From Opitutales bacterium (GTDB lineage: Bacteria > Verrucomicrobiota > Verrucomicrobiia > Opitutales > PNEW01), in assembly GCA_965197745.1 (NCBI GenBank), contig CBDANS010000007.1, positions 1,056,001-1,120,000 of the forward strand: a stretch of 64,000 nucleotides of DNA, given 5' to 3'. This document shows, in pieces, positions 19,029 to 30,070 of this stretch; position 1 is the first letter of the stretch; each line of letters begins with the position of its first letter. The notes beneath the pieces are model-generated. The model worked only from the letters and a program-made list of their open reading frames with translations, was not told where the DNA came from and ran no database searches. A program made the position numbers and the translations under genes.

Positions 19029-21525
19029 TCAGAATAGCTTGCGCAATGTCACGCCGAAGGTCCGTGGTTCGCCCAGGAAGGCGTTAAAGGTCTGAGTCGA
19101 GTCCGGCCCCAGTTCCCCTACCTTGTAGCGGCGCGTCAAAGGCAATTTGAATGTAGTTTTTGGCGAACAGGTTCTTGGCCCACAGCTCCAAGCTCCAATC
19201 CCCGTTGATGCTCCCTATGCCAATGCGCCCATTTACCAAGGCAAAACTATCTTGAAGTTTCTCAACATCCAAGTCTGAACCGGTGTTATAGCTACTCATG
19301 TATCGCAGATTCAGATGCAGGAAACCGAGTAAGGCCCCGTTGAGATCGCGTTCATAGGTGGCAGCACCGGTAACAGTCCATTCAGGCGCGTTGGTGAGCT
19401 GTTGTCCCGCCAAGGATGCATTGGAAATGTTCGCGCCGTACTTCGTATCGGCGTAGGTTAGACCTCCACGCACCGTCAGACCCTCTGATAGCAGGGCTGT
19501 CGTTTCCAGTTCAAGCCCCCGAGAGGTCACCTCATCCAGATTCTCGACTATAAACTGGATTCCATTGAAGGTGTTAAGCTGGAAGTCTTCGAAGTCCATG
19601 TAAAACATCGTCGCATTGACAGTCACACGCTGGTCGAAGAGGCCAAACTTGCCGCCAACCTCGAAGGAGTCCACTGTCTCCGGCTCGAATTAGAGATCCG
19701 CGATCGAAGGAATGGCGCCCAAGAGTGGATTGGACAGACCGGAACGGTCAAGATTGAAGCCGCCTCCCTTGTAGCCGTGCGCATAGTTGGCGAAGATCAA
19801 ATCGTCATCACCGAAGTTATAGGCTATACTGAAGGTGCTGGACCATTCTGTCTCCTCGCGGTCGCCAGTGTATGCACCATCATTGAACGGATTGGTAGAT
19901 GGCAGACACACAAGCCCTATAATGGTGGGTGCCATTTCCGCTGGAATTAGTCCCGAAGCGACCGCCTGTTGCACATTAGTGACGAAAGAAGGGGTACAGG
20001 CACGGTTATTGCTTAGCAAGCTTGCATCGAGATCTTTGGTCTCTTTGGTGTAGCGCAATCCCACAGTGAACTCAAAGTCATCCGCGAAGGTCAAGGTATT
20101 ATGAGTGAATATGGCCGAGCTCCTCGACTGCTGAAAAAATTCGTCCTGAACTACACCGTCACCTTCCAAGAACACGGTGCCAGGCGCCAAACCCGTGAAC
20201 TGAGAGTAAAAACCACTGAATGGATCTCCGGAAACAAGGCCGTTGATGTAATTCTCATAGTGGGCCCCCGTACGGATGGCGTCTCGAAAAGCAAGGTCCT
20301 CCTTACTGTAGAAAAACCCCACCAGCCAGTCCACCATTCCGATTTCGCCCTGGGCCCGAAGTTCCTGGGTAAATGTCTCGAACCCTTGGATAAAACTATC
20401 CTCGTCTCTGTACAGAATATCCACGTTGGTAAAGTCGACATCCTGGCTACGAGCCACCTGCCAATCGCGGTAGACTGTAATTGGGGTAACCGTGGCAAAC
20501 TTTGCATCCCAGTTGATCTCAGCTGACAGTCCCCATTCTTTCACATCCTGTTGATAGCCGCGATCAGCATCGACAGCGCTCTTGCGCTCGAACGGATCGC
20601 CAAGCAGTGTGCCGCCGAGGGCCTGTATGAGGCCAAGCGTCGGTCCAGGCACCCAAGTGACAGCACCGCAACACTGTTCATTGCGGTCGGCGTAGTCGCC
20701 GATCATGCGGACGCTGATAAAGTCGTCCGGTTCCCAAAGCAACTGGCCACGGAATAGCACACGGTCCCGATCGTTGTAATCTCGTTCCAACTCAATATCT
20801 TCCAGAAATCCGTCCCGTTCACTGAACACGGCATCAATGCGCGCTGCCAAGACGTCTTTAATTAAGCTCCCCGTAGCGCCACCTGTCACCCGAATATTGC
20901 TATAATCGCCGTAACCGACTTCAGCGTACCCGTTGCCTTGGTACTCTGGTGCCTTGGTAATGACATTGATCAGTCCTGCCGAGGTGTTGCGCCCAAACAG
21001 GGTTCCTTGCGGGCCGCGCAGGATTTCGATGCGCTCGACCTCGCCGAGTTCGGTCAAACCGACGTTGTTGCGGTTCCGGTAGACGCCGTCGACAAAAATG
21101 CCAACTGCGGATTCGAGGCCAGGGTTGTCGCCCGTGGTACCGACACCGCGGATGCGCGCTACTGCGCCCGCGGATTCCGACCCGGAGCTAGATAAAAACA
21201 AGCTCGGCGAGATGGCCATGAGTTCGCGGATATCCTGAACACCGGCAAACTCAATCTGTGTCTCCGAGTAGGGCGTAACGGCAATGGGCACTTCTTGGGA
21301 TAAGCGTTCCCGCTTTGTGGACGTCACCACAAATTCCTCCATATCTATCACCAGGATCGATTGTTCTTCCTGTGCCTCAATCTCCTTCCCTTGTCCGTTA
21401 TCTCCATCAAGGGGCTCATGGATCCTTGCAACAAAGAAAAGGCAGATTACAAAATACCTACCCTTATTGTTAAATGTCATATATTCTTCCCTCTCGCCTG
21501 ATTTGGAGCCCGCACAGAGGTCCAA
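19029..21525 (-). pseudogene. TonB-dependent receptor with an in-frame TAA (19690) and a frameshift near the C-terminus
   Basis: Plug motifs (RIEILRGPQGTLFGRN). ADL*FEPETVDSFE continues in frame. The alternative frame ends …FLGEPRTFGVTLRKLF with a terminal Phe at ~19032. Confidence 0.85.
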
Positions 21526-21681
21526 TTAGAACAGTCTACTTTTAAGTAGACTCACATATTCCAGTGGAAATCAAGCAGGATAAGTGGTCTAGTCCACAAA
21601 ATTCATAATTTTGCGATTGCCTGGGTAGTTGAATTACATTAAGATATTTTCTGTCAACAAGATATCGTATAATCTCACCAT
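21382..21681 (-). repeat. ~300-bp near-identical duplication (second copy 23356..23655) of an upstream/N-terminal module
   Basis: The two copies are nearly base-for-base identical, and both encode MDLCAGSKSGEREEYMTFNN…. Confidence 0.9.
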
Positions 21682-21829
21682 CCTACACACAATTATATGC
21701 GGTGTAATAACCCTATTGGAATTTCAAGCTTTAGCGAGGCGAGAGGGTTGCCGTTAAGAGAATTTGGAAATAAAAAGGCGATTGAGCTAGTGTTTCATAG
21801 ATTCTCGTGGACAAGGGTTTGTTGAATCA

Positions 21830-21990
21830 ACCTGCAACTCGGCGAGGTGGCGATAGCGATTGAACTCCGCTTGCGAGAAATGCTGTGCTCGGGGTGCGGG
21901 CACAGCGTTAAGGTTGTCGTAGCCCGTCATTGCATAGAACAATTGATCGTCAATCGATGGAATCAGGATGTTGGTCAACTCGCTGCGCAC
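21830..21990 (-). pseudogene. internal fragment of the histidine kinase gene (copy of ~13249..13408)
   Basis: LTNILIPSIDDQLFYAMTGYDNLN..PAPRAQHFSQAEFNRYRHLAELQ is nearly identical to the kinase. Confidence 0.85.
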
Positions 21991-22017
21991 CTTGACCAAT
22001 GACCACGATCCGACTGG

Positions 22018-23271
22018 CTAGAAATTGTAAATCAGGTTTAACTCGATGAAGCTGTCGCGTCGTAACTCATAGTCGAGAGCTGCTCTGTCGATACCGAGAA
22101 GAGCGATTACCTCCAGGTGTAGAAACCACTGTTCAGAGATACGCCGGTTCAATTCGACAGCCATTACACGTGAAGTCATGTCCAAGTCTTTCAGGAAACT
22201 GGTGAGAATCTCTGTGCTTTGGGGATCGTTAAACGAAACGCGCGTGCCAAAGAATAGATCATTCTGGAAGATATTGGTCGCATTTCGGTCACGCTCATCG
22301 TAAGTCCATTCGCCGAGCAGGCTGATATCGGTAGTCGAACCCCATACGGAATAAAACGTATATTCACCGCCAAAAGCGGTAGCAACGTAATCCTCTTCCA
22401 GGCCGAGCCGGTTTCGAGTGCCGGAGCGCTGAATAGCCTCAAGCTTGAACAACCAGGAGCCGATAGTTAGCTGGGTGTCCAGCCCAAACTGGCGGATCTG
22501 CTCGTAGTGCGGAGCGAAGACCAGCGCGCCACTGCGGTCTCTGCTCGGCAGTAGTAAAGGCTCCCGGCTGGTACCATCGAATACGCTCAGACCAATATCC
22601 AAGGGTCCTAAACTGTGGCTGTAGCGGGCAGCGAGATCCAGATGCCACTTCTCGGCATCGCTCTCATAAGAGGTCTGCTCAGTGTCCACGACTAGTGGAA
22701 AGCGCAGACGGCCAAATCTGCTCGGAAAGGTGCGCGCGCGGTGGTAGGTCAGACCAAATATTTCTGCCACACCCCAATCTCCGGACCAAGTGAGATGGGC
22801 CATGGGTTGACCTAGCTTAGGTTCTTTGTATGGGTGTTCCACCAAGTCGATCTGGTTGATGATATTTACTAGGTGGCGGGATTCGGTAACTCCCCAGAAT
22901 ACCCGGTCAACGCCCAGGCGCAGTTCCCATTCATCATTGCCGATTTCGCCGAATAGCAAAAGGTAGGCTTCACGCAGATCGGCATGCGTGCGGTGTGGAT
23001 CCCAGGCGTCGTAACGAAATAACGGCGCCAGAGTGAGGCTTCTACCCTCGACGTCCTCAAGATAGAGTTTTAGCTCCGCAACAAAACCGCTGGCATGCGA
23101 GCGCTGGTCGGAATGAGCGGCGGCTTGGGGATGCCACCGGCTTCCAACACTCAAGCGTCCAGAAAACTCGCGGTTAACGATCTCAGCACGTACTTCGACG
23201 GGTAAGACCAAGGCCAAAATCCAGACGGTGCTGAGAACCGTGCTTTGAAGAATAACACGAATCAGCATCAA
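22018..23271 (-). CDS. outer-membrane beta-barrel protein associated with MMPL/LolA-like module
   Basis: Signal peptide, DLREAY…RVFWGVTES motif, C-terminal YNF. Confidence 0.75.
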   Translation of the reverse strand: MMLIRVILQSTVLSTVWILALVLPVEVRAEIVNREFSGRLSVGSRWHPQAAAHSDQRSHASGFVAELKLYLEDVEGRSLTLAPLFRYDAWDPHRTHADLREAYLLLFGEIGNDEWELRLGVDRVFWGVTESRHLVNIINQIDLVEHPYKEPKLGQPMAHLTWSGDWGVAEIFGLTYHRARTFPSRFGRLRFPLVVDTEQTSYESDAEKWHLDLAARYSHSLGPLDIGLSVFDGTSREPLLLPSRDRSGALVFAPHYEQIRQFGLDTQLTIGSWLFKLEAIQRSGTRNRLGLEEDYVATAFGGEYTFYSVWGSTTDISLLGEWTYDERDRNATNIFQNDLFFGTRVSFNDPQSTEILTSFLKDLDMTSRVMAVELNRRISEQWFLHLEVIALLGIDRAALDYELRRDSFIELNLIYNF

Positions 23272-24211
23272 CTTACTCGTCTCAGCCCTGTTTGGGTGAA
23301 ATCGCAGTCATTGAGTTCAGTTCGGAACTGATAATCCGTCCAGGTCAACACGGTGCTCCTTCCCTTGTCCGTTCGCTCCATCAAGGGGCTCATGGATCCT
23401 TGCAACAAAGAAGAGGCAGATTACAAAATACCTACCCCTATTGTTAAATGTCATATATTCTTCCCTCTCGCCTGATTTGGAGCCCGCACAGAGGTCCAAT
23501 TAGAACAGTCTACTTTTAAGTAGACTCACATATTCCAGTGGAAATCAAGCAGGATAAGTGGTCTAGTCCACAAAATTCATAATTTTGCGATTGCCTGGGT
23601 AGTTGAATTACATTAAGATATTTTCTGTCAACAAGATATCGTATAATTTCACCATAAAGGTGTCTTCCAGAATCTTAAGTGCAATCTCAAGGCTTACCAG
23701 AAGCGGTCCAATCTGGGGCTAGAGTGGCCATTCGGGGACCGCAGGCCATACGTTTTCCACACTGACTGTTTCGATGTAACCGTTGTACTCTCGCCGATCA
23801 TCGCCAGCTGCGGACGCTGAACGTGAAAAGTCTGGATTGTGGTCCATTGGATAGGAAAGAGAAGTGTATACTTAATTAACAAACCTCCTCTTTTTTCGCA
23901 TAGCGCTGACAATCTCGTTGGCTGAAAAGTGCCTGTCAAGATCCGATGACACTAAATTGACTGGTTTCTTGGTAATGTAGCACCCTGCACCGTGGCCCTG
24001 TTACATTGCAATTTGGCACTTGTCGATCATTGCATCCAGAACTGGCTTCATTTGCTAGGGGACAAGACTCTGGATATTACGGTTGAGCCCTTCACCATGG
24101 ATGGGAAGCGAACGCCCGACAAGCAGCCGCCGTTCAAAGGCGTGAGGCTCAGCCCCTGATACATATTACTATTGACACGCCAAAGAAATATCGACAAATT
24201 GAAAATTTGAG

Positions 24212-25366
24212 ATGGTTAAAATACCAACGGCATATACGGAAAGTTATGCGAAGGCCTGTCTCGTCGACCCTACGGCGGCTGATAACTATATCAAGCACAC
24301 CCTGATTGGGGATCCTGAACTTGACCCGGTGATGGAGGAACTCTCCTCGTTGCCTCCTGGGGACCTGCACCGGTTCATCGAGGCTGGCATAGAGCAGCAG
24401 GATGATGTCCTGCCCACTGCGCCGCGGGTACTGCGCGATTACTTCGAAAATTTTAAAGATCCTCCCTGGCTCGACTACGAAGCCTTTCGTCCAGGGATTC
24501 GCGCCTTCCACGCAAACGTAAACCTCATGCTCGTTGCATTCGTTACGGGGGTGCTAGTGGAAGGCTTTTCGACGCTTATCGCGAAGTCTTTCAATATTAC
24601 CGGGCGGGTGGCCTCGACGAAAAGACGACTCCAGCAGAATAACCGCCACATGATGGATATTTTTTTCCCCGGTGGATTGCTAAGAAATGGCGATGGATGG
24701 AAGCTGTCCACGCGCATTCGCTTCATTCATACTCGGATAAGGAACCTGTTGGCGAAATCCGACGATTGGAATCACGAAGCTTTGGGCATGCCGGTAAGTG
24801 CTGCGCACTTGGGATTTGCCATATCCGTATTTTCCCAGCGCTTGGTAGAATACTCGTTGTTGGTGGGCGCGTTACTTAACAAGGAAGAACAAGAGAGTGT
24901 TATTAATGTTTGGCGCTACACCGGTTATCTCATGGGGATACCTGAAACAATCCTGTATACCAGTCGCGCGGACGCGGTAAAAATGTACAAAATCGGGTAT
25001 CTGTGCGAGCCGCCGCCGGACTCCGATTCGGTGACTGTGGCGAATATGTTGATTCAGTCCATTCCTTCAGTTGCGGATATAAACGATCCCGTTGAAAAGA
25101 AAAACCTAGTAAAATTGGCCTACCGTCTTTCACGAGCCCTCATAGGAAACCGAATCGCCGACCAGTTTCAGTTCCCCAAGACCTCTACCCTAGGAACCCT
25201 GTGGATTTACCGGATGAAACAACGCTTCCAGCGATTCCTGAAGAGCAATCAGATCCTTAGGTCGGAGAATTTTTCTCAACTTCTGAAAATCTCGGTGTAC
25301 GACGATCAAGGACTAAGTTACAGGATGCCCAACCACGTCCACACAGCAAAATCAATCGACTGGTGA
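24212..25366 (+). CDS. oxygenase MpaB/DUF2236 (rubber oxygenase-like) family protein
   Basis: GDPELD, PPWLD, RIRFIH..IR and WRYTGYLMGI motifs. Confidence 0.8.
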   Translation: MVKIPTAYTESYAKACLVDPTAADNYIKHTLIGDPELDPVMEELSSLPPGDLHRFIEAGIEQQDDVLPTAPRVLRDYFENFKDPPWLDYEAFRPGIRAFHANVNLMLVAFVTGVLVEGFSTLIAKSFNITGRVASTKRRLQQNNRHMMDIFFPGGLLRNGDGWKLSTRIRFIHTRIRNLLAKSDDWNHEALGMPVSAAHLGFAISVFSQRLVEYSLLVGALLNKEEQESVINVWRYTGYLMGIPETILYTSRADAVKMYKIGYLCEPPPDSDSVTVANMLIQSIPSVADINDPVEKKNLVKLAYRLSRALIGNRIADQFQFPKTSTLGTLWIYRMKQRFQRFLKSNQILRSENFSQLLKISVYDDQGLSYRMPNHVHTAKSIDW

Positions 25367-25543
25367 AGATGCTTAAGGCTGTTGTACAACCAACTTCGAA
25401 TGGCACCCGTTTCCGTCTGGTAACAGGAAACAGGGATTTGGCCATTAGAGGGAACAAAGGTATCTGTAGTCGGCAGTGTCGATAGCACTACGCAATCGAG
25501 TCGGCGATTCAGTCGCAGCTTGCAGCCCAGGAGCGTCGAGGCT

Positions 25544-27835
25544 ATGAATCCTTTGCAATTGGACCGCTACATTGCGACCATTGTGAGCCACCGGTGGCTG
25601 GTCGCTGCTCTGGCCGTGTTGGTCATGGTGGTGATGGCGGCGGGCGTACGCTTTATTTCCGTGACAAACGATTACCGAATCATGCTGGGTGAAGACAATC
25701 CGCAACTCGCGGCTTTTGACGCCCTGGAGAACACCTATTCGGTATCGAACAAGGCCCTGATTGCCGTCGCCCCTCAGGAGGGCTTGGTGTTCACTCGCGA
25801 GGCGCTTGGGGCGATTGAGGAGCTGACCGAAACCGCGTGGCGTGCCCCTTATTCCAATCGGGTCGACTCCCTGAGCAACTACTCCCATAGCGAGGCCTCC
25901 GGGGATGATTTGATTGTCGAACCGCTCGTCGATAACGCGCAATCGCTGAGTGATGCTGACGTGGCGCGGATCGAGACGATCGCGCTGAACGCAATCGAGA
26001 TTGCGGGGCGTCTGGTCTCCCATGACGGACGTGTGGGCGGGTTGGTGATCAATTTCGTACTGCCCGAAAATCCGGATGCCGCGGTGGTCGAGATAACCGA
26101 TTATCTTGATGCCCAGCTGGAAAAGGCGCGCGCGCGCCATCCGGATGTCGCTTTTTACCTGACCGGCGATGTTATCATGAACCGCGCTTTCGCCGACGCC
26201 ACCCAAGATGATTTGAAGACCCTCGTACCGGTCGTGTTTGTGATCATCACAGCCGCTGCAGCCTTTCTGCTGCGTTCGGTATGGGGCACTCTGGCCATCG
26301 TTGTCGTGCTGGTGTTCGTGGTCAACACCACTATGGGGTTCGCCGGCTGGCTCGGCACGGTGTTCAACCCCGCCAATTCTGGCGTACCGCTCATCGTCAT
26401 GGCAGTCGCCGTCGCGCATTCGGTGCATATCGTCTTAACCACTTTACAGCGCATGAGCCATGGTCTGGACAGGAATGCGGCGATTGCGCAATCGCTTCGT
26501 AGCAATGCCTATCCGGTGTTTCTTACCACCCTCACGACGGCGATCGGGTTTCTCAGCCTGAATGCATCGGATTCGCCACCTTTTCACGACTTAGGCAATT
26601 ACGTGGCCTTTGGCGTGTTATGTGCCTTCGTCTACTCCATGACTCTCCTGCCAGCGATGCTTTCGCTCCTGCCATTGCGTGCGCCTCCTGTCCGCCCTGA
26701 ACGGCCTGTCTTCTTCGACCGCTTCGGCGCCTTTGTCGTCGAATACCGCAGATTCTTGCTTTGGTTCGTCGTCCTTCTGGCCGTGTTGCTGGCCATGGGC
26801 ATTCCCCGCAATGAACTGAGCGACAACTGGACGCGGTATTTCGATGATCGTTATGAGTTTCGGCGCCACACAGACTTCGTCATCGAAAACCTGACGGGTT
26901 TGGAAACGCTGGAATACTCGCTGAACACGGGGTGCGAAGGCGGTATCACCGATCCCGAATACCTACAGACAATTAATGGTTTCGCCGAATGGTACCGGGG
27001 GCAACCCGAAGTGGTCCATGTCCAGGCCTTTCCGGACATCATGAAGCGTCTCAACAAGAACATGCACGGCGACGACCCGGCCTTCTATCGGTTACCTGAC
27101 AATCCGTCGCTCGCTGCGCAATATCTGTTGCTCTACGAGCTTTCACTTCCGTTCGGCAGTGATCTCAACGACCGTATTGACGTCGCCAAATCCGCAACGC
27201 GCATGACCGTCGTGGTCCGCGGTTCGTCGGCTAGGGAGCAGCGCGAGCTTGATGCGCGTGCGCAGGTTTGGCTCCGCGACCATGCGCCCGACCTTACGAC
27301 CGCAGCATCGGGCATCAGTATGGTCTTCGCTCACCTTTCCAAACGAAACATCGACAGCATGCTACGTGGCACGATCATGGCCATGGCCCTCATTTCGCTC
27401 ATCCTGATCTGGGTTTTCAAAAGCGTGCGCCTGGGCCTCGTCAGCCTGATCCCAAATTTCCTTCCCGCAGTCATGAGCTTCGGTCTGTGGGGCTATCTCG
27501 TCGGCCGTGTGGGCATTGCCTCCTCAGTCGTCACCGCCGTCGCCTTCGGCATTATCGTGGACGATACCATTCATTTTCTGACCAAATACCTAAAAGCTCG
27601 CCGCGAGGGCCTCCAAGCGTCCGAAGCGGTGCGCTCGGCCTTTCGCACTGTAGGTCAGGCGTTATGGACCACGACCGCGGTCTTGTCGGCGGGCTTCCTG
27701 GTGTTCGCTTCATCGGGATTCGAAGTCAGTTGGGCGCTTGGTCTTCTGGTCACGATCACCGTCATCTTCGCGCTCCTCACCGATTTCTTTCTTCTGTCCA
27801 CTCTGCTGATAGCCATCGACCGGGAGAAACCATGA
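25544..27835 (+). CDS. MMPL/RND family transporter
   Basis: Two MMPL repeats (TTLTTAIGFLSL; GIIVDDTIHF). Confidence 0.92.
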   Translation: MNPLQLDRYIATIVSHRWLVAALAVLVMVVMAAGVRFISVTNDYRIMLGEDNPQLAAFDALENTYSVSNKALIAVAPQEGLVFTREALGAIEELTETAWRAPYSNRVDSLSNYSHSEASGDDLIVEPLVDNAQSLSDADVARIETIALNAIEIAGRLVSHDGRVGGLVINFVLPENPDAAVVEITDYLDAQLEKARARHPDVAFYLTGDVIMNRAFADATQDDLKTLVPVVFVIITAAAAFLLRSVWGTLAIVVVLVFVVNTTMGFAGWLGTVFNPANSGVPLIVMAVAVAHSVHIVLTTLQRMSHGLDRNAAIAQSLRSNAYPVFLTTLTTAIGFLSLNASDSPPFHDLGNYVAFGVLCAFVYSMTLLPAMLSLLPLRAPPVRPERPVFFDRFGAFVVEYRRFLLWFVVLLAVLLAMGIPRNELSDNWTRYFDDRYEFRRHTDFVIENLTGLETLEYSLNTGCEGGITDPEYLQTINGFAEWYRGQPEVVHVQAFPDIMKRLNKNMHGDDPAFYRLPDNPSLAAQYLLLYELSLPFGSDLNDRIDVAKSATRMTVVVRGSSAREQRELDARAQVWLRDHAPDLTTAASGISMVFAHLSKRNIDSMLRGTIMAMALISLILIWVFKSVRLGLVSLIPNFLPAVMSFGLWGYLVGRVGIASSVVTAVAFGIIVDDTIHFLTKYLKARREGLQASEAVRSAFRTVGQALWTTTAVLSAGFLVFASSGFEVSWALGLLVTITVIFALLTDFFLLSTLLIAIDREKP

Positions 27836-28647
27836 TCCACGTCTATCTCACTCGATCGGCATGCTTGTTTCTCGTCCCCTGCCTGGCTTATCTGGGTACG
27901 CCCTCCCTCGCCCGTTCAGACGACGCCACTGCCGAGGAAGCTGGGCTGAAAATCGCGGTTGAAGCACGCGATCGTGCAAAGGGTTTTGGCAATTTTACGG
28001 CTCGCCAGACCATGGTGCTGCGCAACAGGCAGGGACAGGAGAGTCAGCGCGAACTGCGCGTAAAGGTTCTGGAGGTTGACGGTGACGCCGACATGAGCAT
28101 GTTCGTGTTCGATCATCCGCGCGACATCAAGGGGACCGCACTTCTCATCCACGCCCACCGGAAAGGGGCGGACGACCAATGGCTCTATCTGCCCGCCCTG
28201 AAACGGGTCAAGCGCATCAGTTCCTCGAATCGTTCCGGTTCCTTCATGGGCAGCGAATTTGCCTATGAGGACATGAGCGCCCCGGAGGTGGAGAAGTTTA
28301 CCTACCGCTACCTGCGCGACGAGCCTTACGGCGAGTTGACATGCACGGTCTCCGAACGCGTCCCCGTCGATAATAAATCGGGCTACACTCGCCAACTCGT
28401 CTGGCGCGACAAGGACGAGCTTCGCGTCTTGAAAGTGTATTACTTCGACCGCAAGAATGAACACCTGAAGACTCTCACCATGAGCAACTACGCGCAGTAT
28501 CTGGATCGTTACTGGCAGGCGGGCACGATGACAATGGTCAATCATCTCACCGGTAAAAGCACCGTTATGACTTGGTCCGATTATCAGTTTCGTACCCAAC
28601 TCGATGCCTCCGACTTCTCCCAAACCGGCCTCAGACGCACGCGTTGA
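27832..28647 (+). CDS. outer-membrane lipoprotein-sorting (LolA-like) protein
   Basis: Start overlaps the MMPL stop (ATGA); DDQWLYLPALKRVKRISS…SFMGSEFAYED motif. Confidence 0.9.
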   Translation: MIHVYLTRSACLFLVPCLAYLGTPSLARSDDATAEEAGLKIAVEARDRAKGFGNFTARQTMVLRNRQGQESQRELRVKVLEVDGDADMSMFVFDHPRDIKGTALLIHAHRKGADDQWLYLPALKRVKRISSSNRSGSFMGSEFAYEDMSAPEVEKFTYRYLRDEPYGELTCTVSERVPVDNKSGYTRQLVWRDKDELRVLKVYYFDRKNEHLKTLTMSNYAQYLDRYWQAGTMTMVNHLTGKSTVMTWSDYQFRTQLDASDFSQTGLRRTR

Positions 28648-28749
28648 TCCCTACCCCTCCTCATCACGCGCGCACCTTTTCTTGGCCGTCTGCGTTTCCG
28701 GCAAGATAAAAATTAAGGGGACAATATACAATGCTAGCCAAAAGTAAGA

Positions 28750-29106
28750 TTAAAGAGATTTCTTCTCAAGAAGAGACAGAATCTGATCAAGTTTCTCGTC
28801 TATCGGTTTTAATCGATCAAAAATCTGATCTTGAGAAGCTGGCTTTAAATGCTTTGTTATCGATTGAAGAACTTGATATAGCTCTACAGCGTGAATCTGA
28901 CAGGTTAAAGTCACAGGGGTATCCACCTGAGGATTGTAAAACGTTCTCCATGTTGCTTCGATCACTAGAGCGTAGGAACCATCTAGATCCGGATGGGGAT
29001 GACATGATATGTCAATTACGCGAAACGAATAGTCGTGTCTCCTTAATAACTCTCGCAACGAATCTGGTTGCATGGTATCGTCGTGGTTCTCCTTTGAATC
29101 GTTCAT
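28750..29106 (-). CDS. hypothetical protein (has a disrupted homolog at 4576..6162)
   Basis: Protein-like ORF; homology to the IS-interrupted gene; shares an upstream leader with 29225..29527. Confidence 0.7.
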   Translation of the reverse strand: MNDSKENHDDTMQPDSLRELLRRHDYSFRVIDISCHPHPDLDGSYALVIEATWRTFYNPQVDTPVTLTCQIHAVELYQVLQSITKHLKPASQDQIFDRLKPIDEKLDQILSLLEKKSL

Positions 29107-29224
29107 AAGTTTTATATCTTTCGTTTGTTGTTAATCATTAAATAGTTAAAATATGATATTTATGTTTATACTCTTACAGGTAGTGTTTTATCTAGGGATC
29201 TCGGCTTTGTTTTTTATACATCCT

Positions 29225-29527
29225 CTAAGAAGCCCCCCTCCCTCTTCCAGCGAACCAGAAAGCAATTATACTGCTAGCTATCGGGAGAATTGTTGTGAAC
29301 AGGTTCTTAGCATCATCGAGCTTATCGATATAAACAAGGAAACCAATAAAGAGGGGTCCTCCAAAAAAGAGAAACAAAGTTGCGGCCAAGCTAATAATGA
29401 TACGAACCCAACTTCTACGAATCTCCAATAATTCTAATCGTTGATTAACAGATAGCGGTTCTGTCTCACATAATCTTTCCCACCAACGCAATCTGATAGG
29501 TTTTTCTAGTAGTTCGTCGTTTCCCAT
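29225..29527 (-). CDS. small two-TM membrane protein
   Basis: Two hydrophobic segments, ending SIIAFWF; same upstream leader as the neighbouring gene. Confidence 0.65.
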   Translation of the reverse strand: MGNDELLEKPIRLRWWERLCETEPLSVNQRLELLEIRRSWVRIIISLAATLFLFFGGPLFIGFLVYIDKLDDAKNLFTTILPIASSIIAFWFAGRGRGAS

Positions 29528-30070
29528 GTTTATACTTTCGTTTATTGTTGATTATTAAATAGTTAAATAAGAAAAAAATGAAATGTGTATTAAGTCAGCC
29601 TCGTACAGGGGGAGCAGGCGGTGGAAATTATCTAACGATCAATGGATATTCACCAGCAGGCGGTGGAAATTATCTAAGAGAACTTAAACGTGATAACGGA
29701 AGCACCCTTCGGAATGTTGAATTCTTTAATGTCTTGGATAATCCCAAGATCGCGAGCACGTTTAGGGAGCAAGATATCACTTTTACTGAATAATCTATTC
29801 GCTTGGTTCTTGGTGACTTTAGTCCTTTCGACCAGTATTGATTCTGCAAAGTTTTGGCCGGCGTTGAGCTGATTAACCATCTCGATAAGTTCATTCTGTC
29901 TATAGTTAAGGGGATGCTCGATAAGAGATTGACCTACAAAGGATTGGTATCTTAAAGGGGCTTATACCAAAAAAACCAAAACTTATTGAACCAGTAAAAG
30001 GAACTTTGAAACAAGTAGTTAAGTCTATCTTTATAAAAGACTTAAAGCCTAAGAGGGTTAAGAAAAAGAA

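Noticed and set aside
21787..21830. Possible IS end remnants (CTAG-flanked sequences at 18757 and 21788; 23657)
   Set aside because: No matching second end or transposase could be identified.
27268..27831. 459-aa version of the LolA-like ORF
   Set aside because: The N-terminal part is an off-frame overlap with the MMPL gene; the real start is the ATG at 27832.
11789..28623. Many antisense/overlapping ORFs in the GC-rich block
   Set aside because: Shadow ORFs of well-supported genes on the other strand or frame.
28731..29431. Plus-strand ORFs 28731..29108 and 29153..29431
   Set aside because: The minus-strand ORFs are better supported by an internal homolog and a shared leader.
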